Shown here: in pieces, positions 13,870-29,299 of the stretch
How the letters are laid out: each line of letters begins with the position of its first letter
Numbering within the stretch: the stretch's first letter is position 1
From: Tubulanus polymorphus
Taxonomy: Eukaryota; Animalia; Nemertea
Assembly: GCF_964204645.1 (NCBI RefSeq)
Contig: NC_134033.1
Coordinates: 10,672,655-10,736,654 of the forward strand
Length of the DNA: 64,000 nucleotides
Reading direction: 5' to 3'
The notes under the pieces: generated by a model
Databases searched by the model: none
The model's input: only the letters and a program-made list of their open reading frames with translations
Told to the model about the DNA's origin: nothing
Translations under genes and position numbers: made by a program

Positions 13870-14669
13870 AGGTTTTAACGATTTCTGTATTGACGGACGA
13901 CCTCAATGGAAAGGCAGCATCCCTTAGACCATCCCCTAAATCCACCCCTGACGAAAGAGGGGATCATGCGAATACACGAACATCCTCAAACCTATGGCCG
14001 TGATTACAGGGGTTTAAACCTATGGCCTTCACTCCAATTCCAGGTACCAGTTTTTCCGCTTAGGTGTATTGTTTCTGCGATTGAAATGGTATAGAACTAA
14101 CTGAATTTCCGGGTTCAATATTCGGCCAGTGCTGGTATTGTTTTTAAGAGGTCCCGCATCACTCCGGGTGACTGCAATTATGATCAATTCAACATCAACG
14201 ATTTCATTAAAAACTGAATTGTACGAATTTCACAAATTAGATTGTGATATATATATATTCCCGATTCCACCCAGCAGCGTACAAATTGTAATGTTACTAA
14301 CACAGTAGAATCCGGTTAATCCCAATATTTGGGACCAACAAAATTCATCCGGTTTACGGGAAATTCGGATCGAAAGTCATTCCTTGTAATATAAATGAAC
14401 AAATAAAATGCAAATATTGTCCGGATTAGACCAAGATCTGGATTAAGCCGATCCACATTAACGAATTTAACTGTTTTAAATCCGACCCACTGGGAATAGA
14501 AAAAAGTATGAAATACTTCTTTTTAGCTGGTAACAGTCATCTTCAGGTATACTAATGTATTCTTCTGTGTTCCTGGAGATAGTCGAAATGTTGAAATAAA
14601 CTCATCATATAGCTCAATGAAATATAGAAAACAAATTTTCCTTGAGCTGGCCGTTTATGCATTCATGTT

Positions 14670-15060
14670 AATCTTAGTGTGCAGGGATTTTATATTATCC
14701 TTACAACACGGACTCGGAGTGTTTCATCAATGGTTATAATGAGCACAACATCAGTATTCCCGACGATTACTTTTAGAATATAGTTGAAACGTTGAATAAC
14801 TATACCAGCTCTAGGGAACATTTCAGACTCTTTTTATTCTTAGTGTGCAGGGATCATCTTTCCAACACGAACTCAGAGTAATTCATCAATGGTTTGAGTG
14901 AGGACAACATCAGTATTCCCGAAGATGACCTTTAGAATAAAAAACGTTGAATAAACTACTAACTTGGGGACACATTTCAGAGTTTTTTTGTTCTTAGTGT
15001 GTGGGGATGCTATATCATATTGACAACACGGACTCAGAGTGTTTCATCAATGGTTATAAT
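14670..15060 (+). repeat. Tandem array (~155-166 bp period, about 2.5 units) of a hammerhead-like repeat
   Basis: TCTTAGTGTG(C/T)(A/G)GGGAT recurs at ~14672, 14838 and 14992; the full units carry CCGANGA-T...GAAACGTTG-like cores. Confidence 0.7.
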
Positions 15061-17100
15061 GTTAAACTAAAAGTATTCTTTAAATATCTTTTGTCGCGGA
15101 TTTCTGCTCTATCAAGAGCTGCCAACTGTTGCTGAATTTCAGTATCCGTTACTATCTTATAACAAGAAATACCGTTTTGACTCGTCCAATGCATACAGAA
15201 ATATGAAAGATCTTGCTGAGGGTCTTATACTGTTGATTACTGATTACATTTTTTCCTTCATATTTCAATGAAATATTACTGAAAAAATCCTATTCGAAAC
15301 CGATAGCACTTTTCAGAGGTTGGCAGCCCTGTGCTTCTGTACACGGCGCACATATATCCGCAGTGACCCTCGGTGACACCTGGTTTTTTTAAGCCCCGGT
15401 GATTAACGAGTTAAGACGTATTATTCATGCATTGACAGGTCTCGCAGTCGCCGCTATTGTGCGGTATCTGAAAAATGAACTAGGGCCGCCGCAGCAGAAT
15501 TAACAACATGAAATATAGCTTCTATACATATATATATACACAATATGTACCTAGAATCGATCAGTTATAAGTGATGTCGGGATCATTAACCCCGACTGGG
15601 TTCGAACCCCGTTTTTCATCGTCATCTGTTAATATTGAGATGGACCGCGCACAGATAATTTGTTTCATTTTTTTGTAATATGAAGAAAATCCCGTACGTA
15701 TAAGGACGAAAAATTACATAAAACCCGATAATGTTTCCTAGAACTAGAAGTTTATTCGACGTTTCGACTATATTCGGATAGTCATCATCGGGAATTCTGA
15801 GTAACAACAGAAATTATGAAATATATGTACAATACAGACCAGAAGTGATACTTAAACTAAGGAAAAAATAAACTTAGAGACAGTTAAAAGCTATAAACAG
15901 ATTAAATAGAAGCAAACTAAGGGGTAATTATATGGGGCGTAATACAATAGTGAATGTAAATATAGATTAAAATCAATTGGTACATTTAAAAAGATAAGCT
16001 ATTGTTTAATTTTCTTACATTTCTAATAGGAAATAATGCGTAATGTTTTTGATTTCACGGTAAAGAAGTGCCCTTTTTCTGAAAATAGAACTGCCCCTTT
16101 GCTATATCATTATTATCATCAATATTAATGTAATGTTTCAGACGAATAAATCGACCGTCGATGATCGTATACCGAAGATACGATCTACTAAAATGAACGA
16201 ACGACACGTGAACGACAATCGTCATTAGACATTTTGAGCCGAAATGAAACCGAATATATTCTTCGATTTCTCGGCGTGAGGTTGGGGCGGCGGGCTGTAA
16301 TGGGAGGGAGAGGGACTGAATGAATGAATGAATTAGAGAGATGCAGCACTGTCGATGTCTAATTCGATTTAATCCCGGATCGCGCCACGTGTTTGGATGA
16401 ATCGTGTGTATTGTGTTCCGAGGAATTGTCAACGTCGTCTCGACACGCAACATGTTTATAACTAAGTATATGGGAATAGACCGCGTGTTACTCCATATCT
16501 CACACCGGACGACTCGAACGCTACCGGCCCCCGGATCATCATCGCATATGTTACAATCTGAAGAATGAAATCCCCGATACTACGTGTATAGTCGTAGTAA
16601 TAATAATAATACCCCGGCCGTTACTACCGGTTTTGAATACCCGCGGGGTATAAACTGTATAAGTTCGTTATAACATATCATACATCGAGACAGACCGAGG
16701 GAGAGAGAGAGACAGAACAATGGAATTAATAATGTTTTTCTGCGGTGCCGCGCGAGTTTTCATAGGTTTCTCTCTCTCGCATCGAGTCGGCAGAAATATT
16801 TTATAACAGACAATAAAAAATGATTCTTTTCATTCGCTTCTTTCTGTGGCATTTGGAGAAACCGGTTTTGCAATGATGTTCACCCCCCCCCCCCTCCCCT
16901 CTCCCTGCCAGCTCCCTTCCGAGGCTTTATATTACCCGGACTAGATCCTTCAGTAGATAATTCACGAAATGATTTGATAATTGAAGGGACCGAACAGTCT
17001 GAGGGTGTTTTAAAACGAATATCAACGTCAATGCAGGTCCCGACAGCCCGGACCCTTCACCCCTCAGACATTGAATGATTCATCGTTCTTCAAATTTTTG

Positions 17101-17380
17101 ATCGTCCACACTTCACATGTGTTCAGAACTTCACCAGAGACATTTCTGATTGAAAATGAACTACAAACACCAGACATTAGACATTTTTTCAGCTCACTTT
17201 CAAAAACTGATTGTCCACACTTCACATGTATTCAGGACCTCATCTGAGATATTTCTGATTGAAAATGAACTACAAGCACCAGACATTAGACATTTTTTCA
17301 GCTCACTTTCAAAAACTGATTGTCCACCTTCACATGTGTTCACCTGAAACATTTCTAAGTGAAAATGAACGACAAACACC
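17101..17380. repeat. 109-bp tandem duplication (about 2.5 copies)
   Basis: GTCCACACTTCACATGT...TTTCTGATTGAAAATGAACTACAA repeated at 109-bp spacing. Confidence 0.9.
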
Positions 17381-20300
17381 AGTATTTTATCGGTACACTT
17401 CTAAAAACTATGATCATTCACATTTCACACTAGAATTGAATGTCAGGCTTTAGGCACCTGCTGAAGATTTATAACTGGATGATTATCAACAGATATTAGA
17501 AGCTTGTGTCTTAAGTATTCGGTGTCCGTATGGGGTCTTTCTCTCTCCCCGCTTGATCTCGTTAAAAATACTTCTTAAAACAAATTGCGAAGCTGTTGTA
17601 ATCGAGGCAGCGCAGGTCGACACTGATGGCGGAGGTTGTTGGAAATATATTCCACAGAGGAAATGAGTAAAGAGCGACTGTAAACGAACCAGTCAGTCGG
17701 GGGTAAAGGGGGCGGATAGGGGGAGGGGAGGTACACTAATCAGGTGAATAGTGTTGGAAGTTGTTAAGCACATTATCTAATAAAATTCTCTCCCGAGTCC
17801 GAAAAAAGTCCTAAATTAGTTTCCTTTTAGTGTCAGCGCAACGGCGGATGTACAAGAGCTGGGGGTGGTCGAGACACCTTACCGTGCCGGTAATTAAACT
17901 AATTAATTTTCAGCGATTTCAGCATTGATGTTTCATTAAGCTTTAAAACATAGAGACGTAGAGAGAGGGGGAGAACGAGCTACAAAGAGAGAAAGAGAGA
18001 GAGGGGGAGGGAGAGGTCGAGAGAGAGAGAGAGAGAGAGAAGAGAGTTTAGAGTCCACCCATGTTAAATTTCTCATTAGACACATCTGCATGCCATCATC
18101 GCCACATAAGGATTTAAACATCTTCATTTCCCTCTCTCATCCTCCCCATATCCCTCACTCCTCTCTCTACCTCCCCTAAATCCCTCTCCCACTCCAGTCT
18201 CCCTTTTCATCTCCGTCATGTTTTCCATCTCTCTTCGCCTCTCCCTCCCTCTGTCCAGTTTTCAACTTTTCAATTATGGCGTGAAACGTCTATCTCGCTC
18301 AGAATCATAATCGCTGATCGGTTCTCCAGTTTCCAGCATCATCATCAGCACCAGCAGCGTCTCATCTCTGGCAGACTCGGGTGATTTTAATAGCCACCAA
18401 TCTGGATTAACTGGAGACTAATGATGATGAATATCATCTTAAGCAGCTCTGTGATCGGTGTACGAGGCGCACGGAGAGTGAGAGAGAAAGATGACGGGTT
18501 CGGTGTGAACCGCAGGTGTCAAACATTCACCATGCAGCTAATTAATTAGTAAGACACGAGACGCTCTCTCTCCCTTTCTCGAATATGTCGTCGGTTGGTT
18601 AGGATATTAATCTTGGAGTATAGCACCCGTTCGACACCGTACGACGGATTAATTCTACTGTATATAGCTCCCCCGTAGAGAGTTAAGACGGGCGAGACGA
18701 GGGGAAAGAGGAAGAAATGAGTCCAACAACACTGGAATATTCATCGATTTTTAAATAATCTGCCAATTGAGATTGTGGTCGGGCGATGAGGTTGGGACAA
18801 GATGTCTTGGTGTAGGATGGGACGGGGAATTTTTAAACTTAAAGGGAGGAAGATCCCTCCCACGGAATGGAGAGACATCAGATGGTGATCCCGGTGGAAA
18901 TTGCGAGTGAAGAGACGCACAAGGGCATTCCAGATTTGGTACACAACAGTGAACTATCAGTTATTGTGTAAGGATGGTATGAAGATGCCTCGGTCTGGCT
19001 CGACCAGAGCAAGGCAGCAAGGCTTGGGTTCATGGATCCTAGTTTTGCTAAAAGATACCTTTTTGGGAGATATTCTCACCTAAAATGAAACATTAGCATC
19101 AATAGTTTCGGGTTGAGACGGATAGGTTTTCCATTTCTTCCATCAGTCTCAATCGAGAAATGTTTTTATTTGCCGCACGCAATAAATCAGAAAATGAAAA
19201 TCAAAAAAAAGAACGTCCTGTTCTGTAGTAGCTGTCTGTGACTATCAAGTTAATCTCACGATGATGTAAGTTTTGTAACATTTTCTCCAGCAAACAGCCG
19301 CGCCACCTGCGAATAAATCTTGAAACTAGTCGATAAGATGATAACATTGGTTTCCCTATATTCCTGTAGATCGCGACACTGTACGGTGAAAATCTTCGGA
19401 TCGAGCGCTGATATCGACTGCGCAGTGTTCCCGTTAGATGGCGAATGCGTCGCTACTTCGCGGAACTAAGATTGTTTAACACTCGTTTCTGTATGGTAGG
19501 CGATATGAGCGGCCAGTGTGGTGGTAATAAATGGATTTCCCCGGAAATTTTTTCTCTAGCCTATGCCTAGGCCAGGGCAGTGTTGGAATTCGTTATCCTA
19601 AATTCCACCTTCCCCGTATAAATTATTGAATTGCATTGTAAAATACAATCAAACTCGGTTCATCAGACTTCATTTGATAAGTCTTCACATCACCGACTTA
19701 ATTTTGACTTTAGTATGATAAGTTTGATCAGTTCTTGGTAAGAAAATGGAAAACTTAGCGCATTCACGTGAATGAAATTCAAGCAGTCCCTTAGATCTAA
19801 GATCACAAAGTTATTGACCACCGGTGGTAATTATTTGTAAAAAATTACAGTGCGGGTTCGAGTCCCGGAATAAGAATTATCAAATCAATAGTTTTATTGA
19901 AATCAACTGTAAGTTGACGTTGGAGATATTATGAATCATAACTAAAAATAGATACTGATATGAACTGATTTTCTGCCTTTCAGTCAGTCACCACAAGTAG
20001 CTCAGAGCATTGCGCTCGACGCCTTCTTTAGAAATACTAAACCGTTCTATATTCCTTTTACATTACATTACGTTACGTTATCGCATGTTTTCATTGAGAG
20101 GTGGTTTTTAAGATAGAGACTTATTCAGGCGCGTATGATGCACGAAGAAAAAGATTATTCAAGCTGCGAAACGAACTCAAAAGGTCTATTGTCGGACGCT
20201 TTTGTTTGGGTATAATACCGACGTGATTGGTCGCTTCTTAGTTTCTATTCAGAGATGGAGTCGACGCTTTTGTGTTTGGAGTCTTTCAATTCGTTTATGG

Positions 20301-20494
20301 AGAAGAGAGAGAGGGAGAGAGTAGCAGCAGCACAGCTTTGATCAATGATGGTTTCCTCGATGGTTAAATACACCCGAACAAAACGCCGTTCTGATGGCAG
20401 CCTTTCTACACGCTCACTTTCTCTCGACTCTCTCCCTCACAACCTCCGTTAGCTGGGTAGCTTTATGTATGGAATTGCCGCTTTACCCAGTTCC

Positions 20495-21005
20495 GTACAC
20501 GATAATGACACCTGGTGGATGGTCACTTGCCACTTTAGTTGATGCCCTACTGTAGCCTGAACCTAGTGGATCCTCCCTTGCCACGCTAGGTCTAGTTGAT
20601 GTCCCATTGTACACTAGCGAACCTGGTGGTGGATCCCCCATTGCTACATTAGGCCTAGTTGATGTCCCACTGTACATCTAGCGAATCTGGCGGATCCTGC
20701 CTTGCCACGGCAGGCCTAGTTGATGTTCCACTGTACACTAGCGAACCTGGTGGATCCCCCATTGCCACATCAGGCCTACTTTATGTACCACTGTACACTA
20801 GTGAACCTGGGGGATCCTGCCGCTGCAGGCCTAGTTGATGTCCCATTGTACTCTAGCGAACGTGGCGGTTCATCCATTGCCATAGAAGGCTTACTGGGTG
20901 CCCACTGTACACTAACGAACCTGGCAGATCCTGCCTTGACACAGTAGGCCTAGTCGATGTCCCACTGTCTCTAGCGAACCTGGTGGATCCTGCCTTGCCA
21001 CAGTA
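20495..21005. repeat. ~60-63 bp minisatellite (GGCCTAGTTGATGTCCCACTGTACACTAGCGAACCTGGTGGATCC core)
   Basis: About 8 units; partial inverted copy at ~49085-49145. Confidence 0.9.
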
Positions 21006-23344
21006 AAGAGGCGGCCCCAGTGGGGCTTTGGACTTCACAGTGTCCTTTTTGGACTTTGACAAATCCTTCAAGATTTCAAAACTAGCGGATGGGAGTACAC
21101 CTTTTGGAGATCAAAGTGCCCTTTTGGGATGTGACTGAAGTCCTTCAAAATTTGCCTCCGGTTCCAACCCCGCAGCGGGTCTAGTTGATCTCGTACTTTA
21201 CACTGGCGAATCTAGTGGACAACCCTTGCCACAGTAACATTGCGGGTGGTGGCGGTCATTAAGAGCTGGTCATGTTACTCAGAGTCTTGACCCTGCAACC
21301 GCTGCAACCGCTGCAACCGCTACAGTGCTACTGCTGCTGCCGCCGCCGCTGCCGCTGCCGCCGCCGCCGCTGAGGGCGATTAATATTGAAATTTCACTTT
21401 TATCCCTCCCTGCGTCGCGCGATATTTCTATAGAGAAAAGATCGCGTTCACTGCTGTTAGTCTAATAAAGTAAGAAATATGTCCAGCACTCGAATGGAAT
21501 GCGGATGATCGATGGTTCCGAGAACAAAGAGTTCGCTTATCAGAATTCAATTCATGTGCATCTCAACTGTTAGAATTTATTCGCGTCGCGAGTCGTAAAA
21601 ATCGAAGAGTTCTTTCTTTCTTTGCAGCAGCGACAAAAATAATATCACTGATAAATCATAGGTTATTATTTGCGAGAGGAAGGAGTCTGATGGGGCTTGT
21701 GTGTATGTGTTTGATACGGGGACACAGGGGCGTTATGGGGGTCACTAAAGTGGCTTGTCTGTGAGCGTTTGATACAGGGACACAGGGACGTCTCCTGGGG
21801 GGTCACTCAGGGGGCTGGAAATATACAATACCATTTCAGGCCCATCGTAAAGGCATCAGTGCCCATTTAGGGCAAAGTTTTAATTATACATAACGCAAAG
21901 AAGTTGGTTGAAGATTACTGGCGGATGAATAACATAGTAACACTGAACTTTTAACTGCCCCTATGTCAAAAACTCTTTGAGCAACTGCAGATTGTTAGAT
22001 TGATTAATGAACCAAAATTCGACCGCTTTAACTTTCAACAATAACCTTAGTATCCAACATCTTACAAACCGGCGTGTCGTATCTAGAACTCTGTGTATTC
22101 AATGCAACCGCTACATCTGGGACTGAGTGAACTTAAACTGAGCTTAAACAGGTTACTTATCTAAGCCGCGACTCTGCATCTGAGCCTACAGCAAACCTCG
22201 GGCATCCTCTACATCACTCTGTGGCGGTACTATATATAACCCATCTTTATCGGCCATCTTTATCTCATAAAACTTTGTAAATATATTAATTGTTGTTAAT
22301 TGAAACCGACTTAAAACATTATCTAGAAGCTGAACCTTTTCGTAATAATGATAAAGATGATATTGATAACATTGATTATTAAAATACTATCAATAATTAT
22401 GTATGATGTATACAATAAACTGAAATCGAAATTGAATCTACGCACGCATCTTTTTGGACTTCGGCATAAGTCGAATTGAGGATGCCTTTCGAGGCGAGGA
22501 CCCCTCCTTACACCAATTAGGCCATTAATTTACGTACAGCTTAACTTACCAAATACGTAATTCAGGTCTTCTTCTTCTAATCATCAAAGTTTATATCCAA
22601 TGACAACTCAAAATCACGGGTTGAAATCAGACGCCAGTTTATCCGGAGCGGACGCAGTTTTTAAACATACGATTCCCCAGAATTTAGAAACCCTGCGATT
22701 CATTTATACATCCACTCATAAGAAGAATATTAGAATTAACATTAAGACCGAATTTTCAGCTACGCGTTTCGTCGATTGAATTTCACTGGACGTTTTAAAC
22801 AACGGACAATATAAATCCATACTGAAATACATATCTCCCTCTCTCTTTCTCTCCCTCTCTATTTCTCTACGTAAAGATAATTCCAAAGCTTAAAACGACA
22901 ATGAAAACATTATATTTACACACACGTACACACAAACACAGGGTCGAGTAAAGTCAAAGGAGTCTTTATTTCGCTCTCTGCGGAGATATTTCTCTGTTAA
23001 AACTAGCTTTCTTTTAACTATACGACCAAATTCAAAGCTATTGGCGTCGATTTTATACATTATCGTATATAAAGGAAAGAATTTTACGCATGTTGTTTTT
23101 CTATATGTTTTTATCAGACAGTGTTCTGTGTACTTTTGAAGTTTCGTCAACAATTCATCGCATACGGCCACCGCCCTCCACCTCTACCTCCCCCTCTCCC
23201 CGTTCCTCTAATATAAAACAGACTCGTTGATGTCCGTGCCCGCGATCGTTGGTGGGTTCGAAACCCAGTATCTTGGTAGCTTCTTCAGTATCAGTTACTT
23301 TTCCCTCTCCCCTCAAAAAACCAGACTTATTGGCACAAAAATGG

Positions 23345-23640
23345 ACAACGGCTAAAGCCCGAGATCATTAATGGGTTCGAACCCTGGTCTTTTAGTAGCT
23401 TCCCCAACGCAAATAAATCAACAAGTTTTTTCATCCACTGTGGAACCCAGAACCCTGTATCAGTTAATGTGGAATGTGGGACGTATCCGGGGTCTTTCCA
23501 ATGTATGCCCCAGGGCACCCTGCGGAACGACGAGCCCTTGGGCGCTGCGTAACCCGGAGTAAGGGCGATATAAACTGCCCACTCCCCGAGTCTAAATACC
23601 GCCAGTAACCAGCACCGCGCCGCCATACACCGTTATATAG
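23345..23640 (+). mobile_element. Possible tRNA-derived SINE remnant
   Basis: Pol III B-box-like GGGTTCGAACCC near 23373 followed by a GC-richer body; no cloverleaf or clear target-site duplication. Confidence 0.3.
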
Positions 23641-25534
23641 ATCCAGTACTAGAGTTCTGTGCCATTATCTCGGGCTGACAAAAGAAACCGAAAGTGCTTT
23701 TACAGCTTTTGTGCGGCGGCATAATAGGTAACAACACTACGGGCATAAACTGCATAGAACAATATACCATGTACACACAGTGGAGTTCGCTATTTCTCAT
23801 TAGAACCGGTATAATAGGGTAATATGAACGGTGAAAAGATGGTTCTGTAAGTCAAATTCTATAGAAAACAATGACAGATAGATCCGAGTGATTTCTATTG
23901 GCTGTATTGAAGTCACTGTACTCGTATGATCGCGGAACGGTTACCTGTAACTATACCATACAGATCTACGTATCTTTCCAGGGAGTGGTCCAATATTGTC
24001 CGGATTATCATTTTCGACTAGGCCCCAGCAAGGACTCCAAAACGAAGTCCATTGACCCAGGCGAACGGAAAAATGGAAAGGTATTAACCTAGGAAAAACG
24101 GCCAGGGAAAAAAGCCAGGGGATTTATTAGAATACCATTCCGTTAAGTACCACGAAAATAAATGCATCGATCTTTTGATATGTCAGTTTTCGGTATTATG
24201 AGATCAATTCCTGAATTAGTTTTTTGGTAGATCTACGATGATCATAGCTCACTTCGATGCGTTCAGACACTGAACCCTCAGTTCGCTCAATTAGGTTTAC
24301 GGGTAAATCAGTTTGCCATATTAAACTTAATTCAATATTATTCATCATGAAATCGTACGCGATCGTGGATGATTAAAACAAAAAAAAATTTACAAAAGAA
24401 AAGATGGTGTATAAGATTTTTACACATGATAACAATGACGAAAACGAAAAAAGTTACCAAATTTAAGAATATTTTGCATGTAAGAGAAGGTGGATATGGA
24501 ATTAGACCGTGTGCAAGGCTTTGAATCCATATGAATTATCACACAATTTGAATTCATCGCATCGTCCTCTGATGATCGAAGACAACAACAGTCTCTTAGC
24601 CTAATTGCTTGATTCGACGTTACTCGTTATATACGTATTTTAATTGTTTACACTATATAAAATGCCTCATGAAAAAAATAGATAACGCTATTTGATTGAA
24701 AACCAGTGCTTGTAAGTGCAGCCCTCAATGGCTTGCAATGGGTCCATCATTATTAACATGAACAATAGTTTGGTTCATCTCCAATTCTATTACATTCCCC
24801 TGGCATTTTTTTTCCTTTTCCATTTTTCCCTGGCAATTTTATCCTTGTCTGTTTTTCCCTGGCAATTTTTTTCCTGGCAATTTTTTTTCCTGGCAAATTC
24901 TATCTCGTCTATTTTTCCCTGGCCATGATTTTCCTTGGCCATTTTTCCTACAATCCCAAGTAAGGTTGTCAATACGTTATTGCGTGCATCCTGGAGTGCT
25001 ATCATTGGAATACACTCCAAGGTCTTGTGGTATCTTTGAACTGGTTTCACCAAAACTTTTAAATCGATTTGATTTCGTCAAAATAAAATTAATTTTATCC
25101 GACAATGATCATGAGAGTAAAAGCTTTTCTCGTGAAACTGGAATTACTTTAAAAGTTTAAGTTTAAAACGGTTTGAGTTTGAATTGTTGTCCTCATCTAA
25201 AACATTAAGTATAACCGATCAGCGATTAAACCAAAACATTGTGTTTCGCTTTTTCGTGAAACTGGACCCAAGTGCCCTACGGCTGGATTCATATACGTGG
25301 TAGGCCTACATACAACTATGGTAGGCCTCCTTGATATAGGAAAAATTCGTTCTGATTAAGGTGAAAATTCGATTTCTATCAGTTGGTATCAAATGTCTTC
25401 ATGAGCTTAGATGGAATGTAAGTAAAGTCGGATTCCCCCAGCTTTGTGAGAATCTGCTGGGACTTCTCATCAACGACAGCCTTGCACCGATCATATAAAC
25501 TCCGGTAATGGGTAAAGATCCCCCTATCCCCTCG

Positions 25535-26175
25535 CCTGTAAAAAAATATTCCCATATGCCTGTCCTACAGGTAAAACAATACCCATATGCCTGTCCTATA
25601 GGTAAAAAATCCCCATATGCCTGTCCTATAGGTACAAAAATCCCCATATGCCTGTCCTATAGGTAAAACAATCCCCATATGCCTGTCCTATAGGTAAAAC
25701 AATCCCCATATGCCTTTCTATAGGTAAAACAATCCCCATATGCCTGTCCTATAGGTAAAATATTCGCATATGCCTTTTCTATAGATAAAACAATCCCCTT
25801 ATGCCTGTCCTATAGGTAAAACAATCCCCATATGTCTGTCCTATAGGTAAAACAATCCCCATATGCCTTTCTATAGGTAAAACAATCCCCATATGCCTGT
25901 CCTATAGGTAAAATATTCCCATATGCCTTTTCTATAGATAAAACAATCCCCATATGCCACTCATATAGGTAAAAAAATCCCCTTTGGTTCTCCTTTAGGT
26001 TAAAAAATCCCTATATCCCTGACCTATAGGTACAAAAATACCCATATGCCTGTCCTATAGGTACAAAAATACCCATATGTCTGTCTTATAGGTAAACTAT
26101 TCCCATATGCCTGTCATAGGTAAAATATTCCCATATGCCTATTCTATAGGTAAAATCCCCTATACCTTTCCTTTG
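25535..26175. repeat. 27-28 bp minisatellite (CCCATATGCCTGTCCTATAGGTAAAACAATC)n
   Basis: About 22 tandem units. Confidence 0.95.
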
Positions 26176-26666
26176 GGTAAACGAATCCCGGTTTGCCTTT
26201 CCTTATCTCTCCTTGGGATATGAGTTGGTTAGCTTATGGGCTATAAAACTAAATCATTGTAAAGTACTAGCTGCATCAAAATTTCATCCCGAATGCCCCG
26301 TGCCACCCCATAAGCTTCCAACACCTCCCTTATACTCCCCCACATTACATTTGCTATGTTATGGCTGTCTTCCAAACATTCTGGACCCCAATAAACTCAA
26401 ACCATCGCTGCAAATTAATCCAGAACCATCAAATTATGAAATTGGTTTTTAACAAAAGTTTGGTGACGAATTGTCTGTTTCGAATCATCAAGTTGTTCGA
26501 ATATCGTCAGTCAAAACGACTTTTCATCCACAGGTTTTTTGTGCCCTTCTCTTGCCTGCGGGTAGAACCCACAAATCACTGATACCCACAAATCACTGAT
26601 ACCTACAAATTACTGATTGAATTCGCGTAAAACTATTGAAAATCAAATTGATCAAAAAGTACTTAC

Positions 26667-26688
26667 GTTCGATGCAGGAAGCATCCAT
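26667..26688 (-). CDS. Candidate first coding micro-exon (MDASCIE, phase 1) of an unidentified gene extending leftwards
   Basis: ATG GAT GCT TCC TGC ATC GAA C|GTAAGT consensus donor; in-frame stop upstream; lies ~350 bp downstream of a GA-repeat/Inr-like region; no downstream exon identified. Confidence 0.25.
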
Positions 26689-27044
26689 TGCAGGTTTGAA
26701 ATATATATCCAAATAACTTGCTATGGTCCTTTTGAAATCGATATATCCATAATTTAGATCTCACGAATTAGAGACTCGTCTCTAAAACGATGGAAGGTTT
26801 GCCGGCTGCAGTTCGAGGACGACCGAGATGTCGCTGAAAGTTTATATCAAACATTTTTTCCCTGCATAAGTTCTTCGCAGAGAATTCGAAACATTCTGCT
26901 TCGGTCGCCGTGTTTTTTGAGATACTAATCCTTGAGATACTAACTCGAAAGAGGTAATCTTGAAATTACAGAGATCGAGGTTTTCTGTTGAAGTCCTGTG
27001 AGTATGAACTAATGACTGCCTGACTGCAATCTGTAGCTACACGC

Positions 27045-27920
<876 letters not shown>

Positions 27921-28329
27921 GAACAGCTTGTTAAATAATGCGCATAACAATAAACCAATTGTTTATTAGTTCTATGGAAGTTTTGGTCGGTTTTTTTTAT
28001 TGTATTGTTTGAGGAGGCTATGCGCAGTAACGGATGAATTTACATTTGAATCATCGACATCAAACAATATGCATTAAATTACACCATATTGTGTGGACCA
28101 CAATCAGAGACCGAGCACTGAACATCTTATTCAAGTTCTTGAACACGATTTCTCCCTGTGAGGCCTATATACAGCACTGAAGGGTAAGAAACGTTTAATA
28201 AAGATTCTATCCTAGTATTCTGACACTGATTTCTGAAAATGATTAGCCGCCCTAAAACGGTTTTTTCATTTCTCGGCCAATTAGAAAACCGCATATACCT
28301 GAACCGTAACAAACTGCGTTATGTCATTA

Positions 28330-28795
28330 CCAGTTGCGCAGTCATTACTTCGATCGAACAAAGACTATTGTCTAAGACCGGCTTGGTTCTATAGCCAATC
28401 TAACAACTAAAGATCAGACTAGGCGCATTTGAGTTCTATAAAACCTACAACCTGAAACCAGTCTAAGCTCATTTTGGTCATATAATCAATCTAACAACTT
28501 CTGCCAAAAGCCTATTTTACTTCTAAATCCAATCTAACAACTTAGACCAATCTAAGCTCAGTTTTGGTTCTACAACCAATCTAACAGCTTATGACAAGTC
28601 TAAGCTCATTTTGGTTCTACAACCAATCGAAAACAGCATAAGACCAGTCTAAGCTCATTTTGGTTCTACAACCAATCGAACAGCTTAAGACCAATCCAAG
28701 TTCATTTCGGTTCCACAACCAATCTAACAACTTATTAAGACCAGTCTAAGCTCATTTTGGTTCTTTAACCAATCTAGCAACGCGAGGCCAGTCTT
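28330..28795. repeat. 44-bp satellite (AACCAATCTAACAACTTAAGACCAGTCTAAGCTCATTTTGGTTCTA) within a MITE
   Basis: About 9 units; same family at 32300-32790 (inverted), 50210-50350, 56160-56570, 58230-58475. Confidence 0.9.
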
Positions 28796-29299
28796 TGAAT
28801 TTGAGAACACTTTTTTACCTATGTAAGTAAAGAATGTGCAATTGTGTTTTGGCAATGACGTTAAGCAGTTTTGCTCCCGCGTGGGAACAGTCGTCTTTGT
28901 AAACGACAAAGAATTTAAAAAAATCTTCTTAATAGAAAAAAACAATTCAAACATGGTACATACTTCATCCACGCTAGAGTCCAGTTACAATATAAAGATA
29001 TGTATTGTGTCGGTCTTGTCTCCGGGAAGCGAATAGAAAAAAGGAAAACTTCTCGTTTGAATAGAACCGTAAGTTGTTTTATAAGCCGCGATCACACGAG
29101 CATTTTTGGCCCGGAACAAGGGTGCCAAATGGGCCCGGGCCATGCCTGTTTGGCCCGGGCCAAATTTGGCCCGACCAAAAACGTCGGACAAGGCCCGAGC
29201 CAAATTTTAGCACCATACATGATTGCGTTTGAATTGCAACTGGTACCGGAAATGATCCACTTCGCTTTGTTCGAGCATTGTTAAGTATCGAGTGAATTA

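Noticed and set aside
13950-14030. KEGIMRIHEHPQTYGRD resembling a Penelope C-terminus
   Set aside because: Too short and diverged to support
18741-19083. GC-richer segment with short ORFs on both strands
   Set aside because: No splice signals or recognisable domain; probably an old repeat fragment
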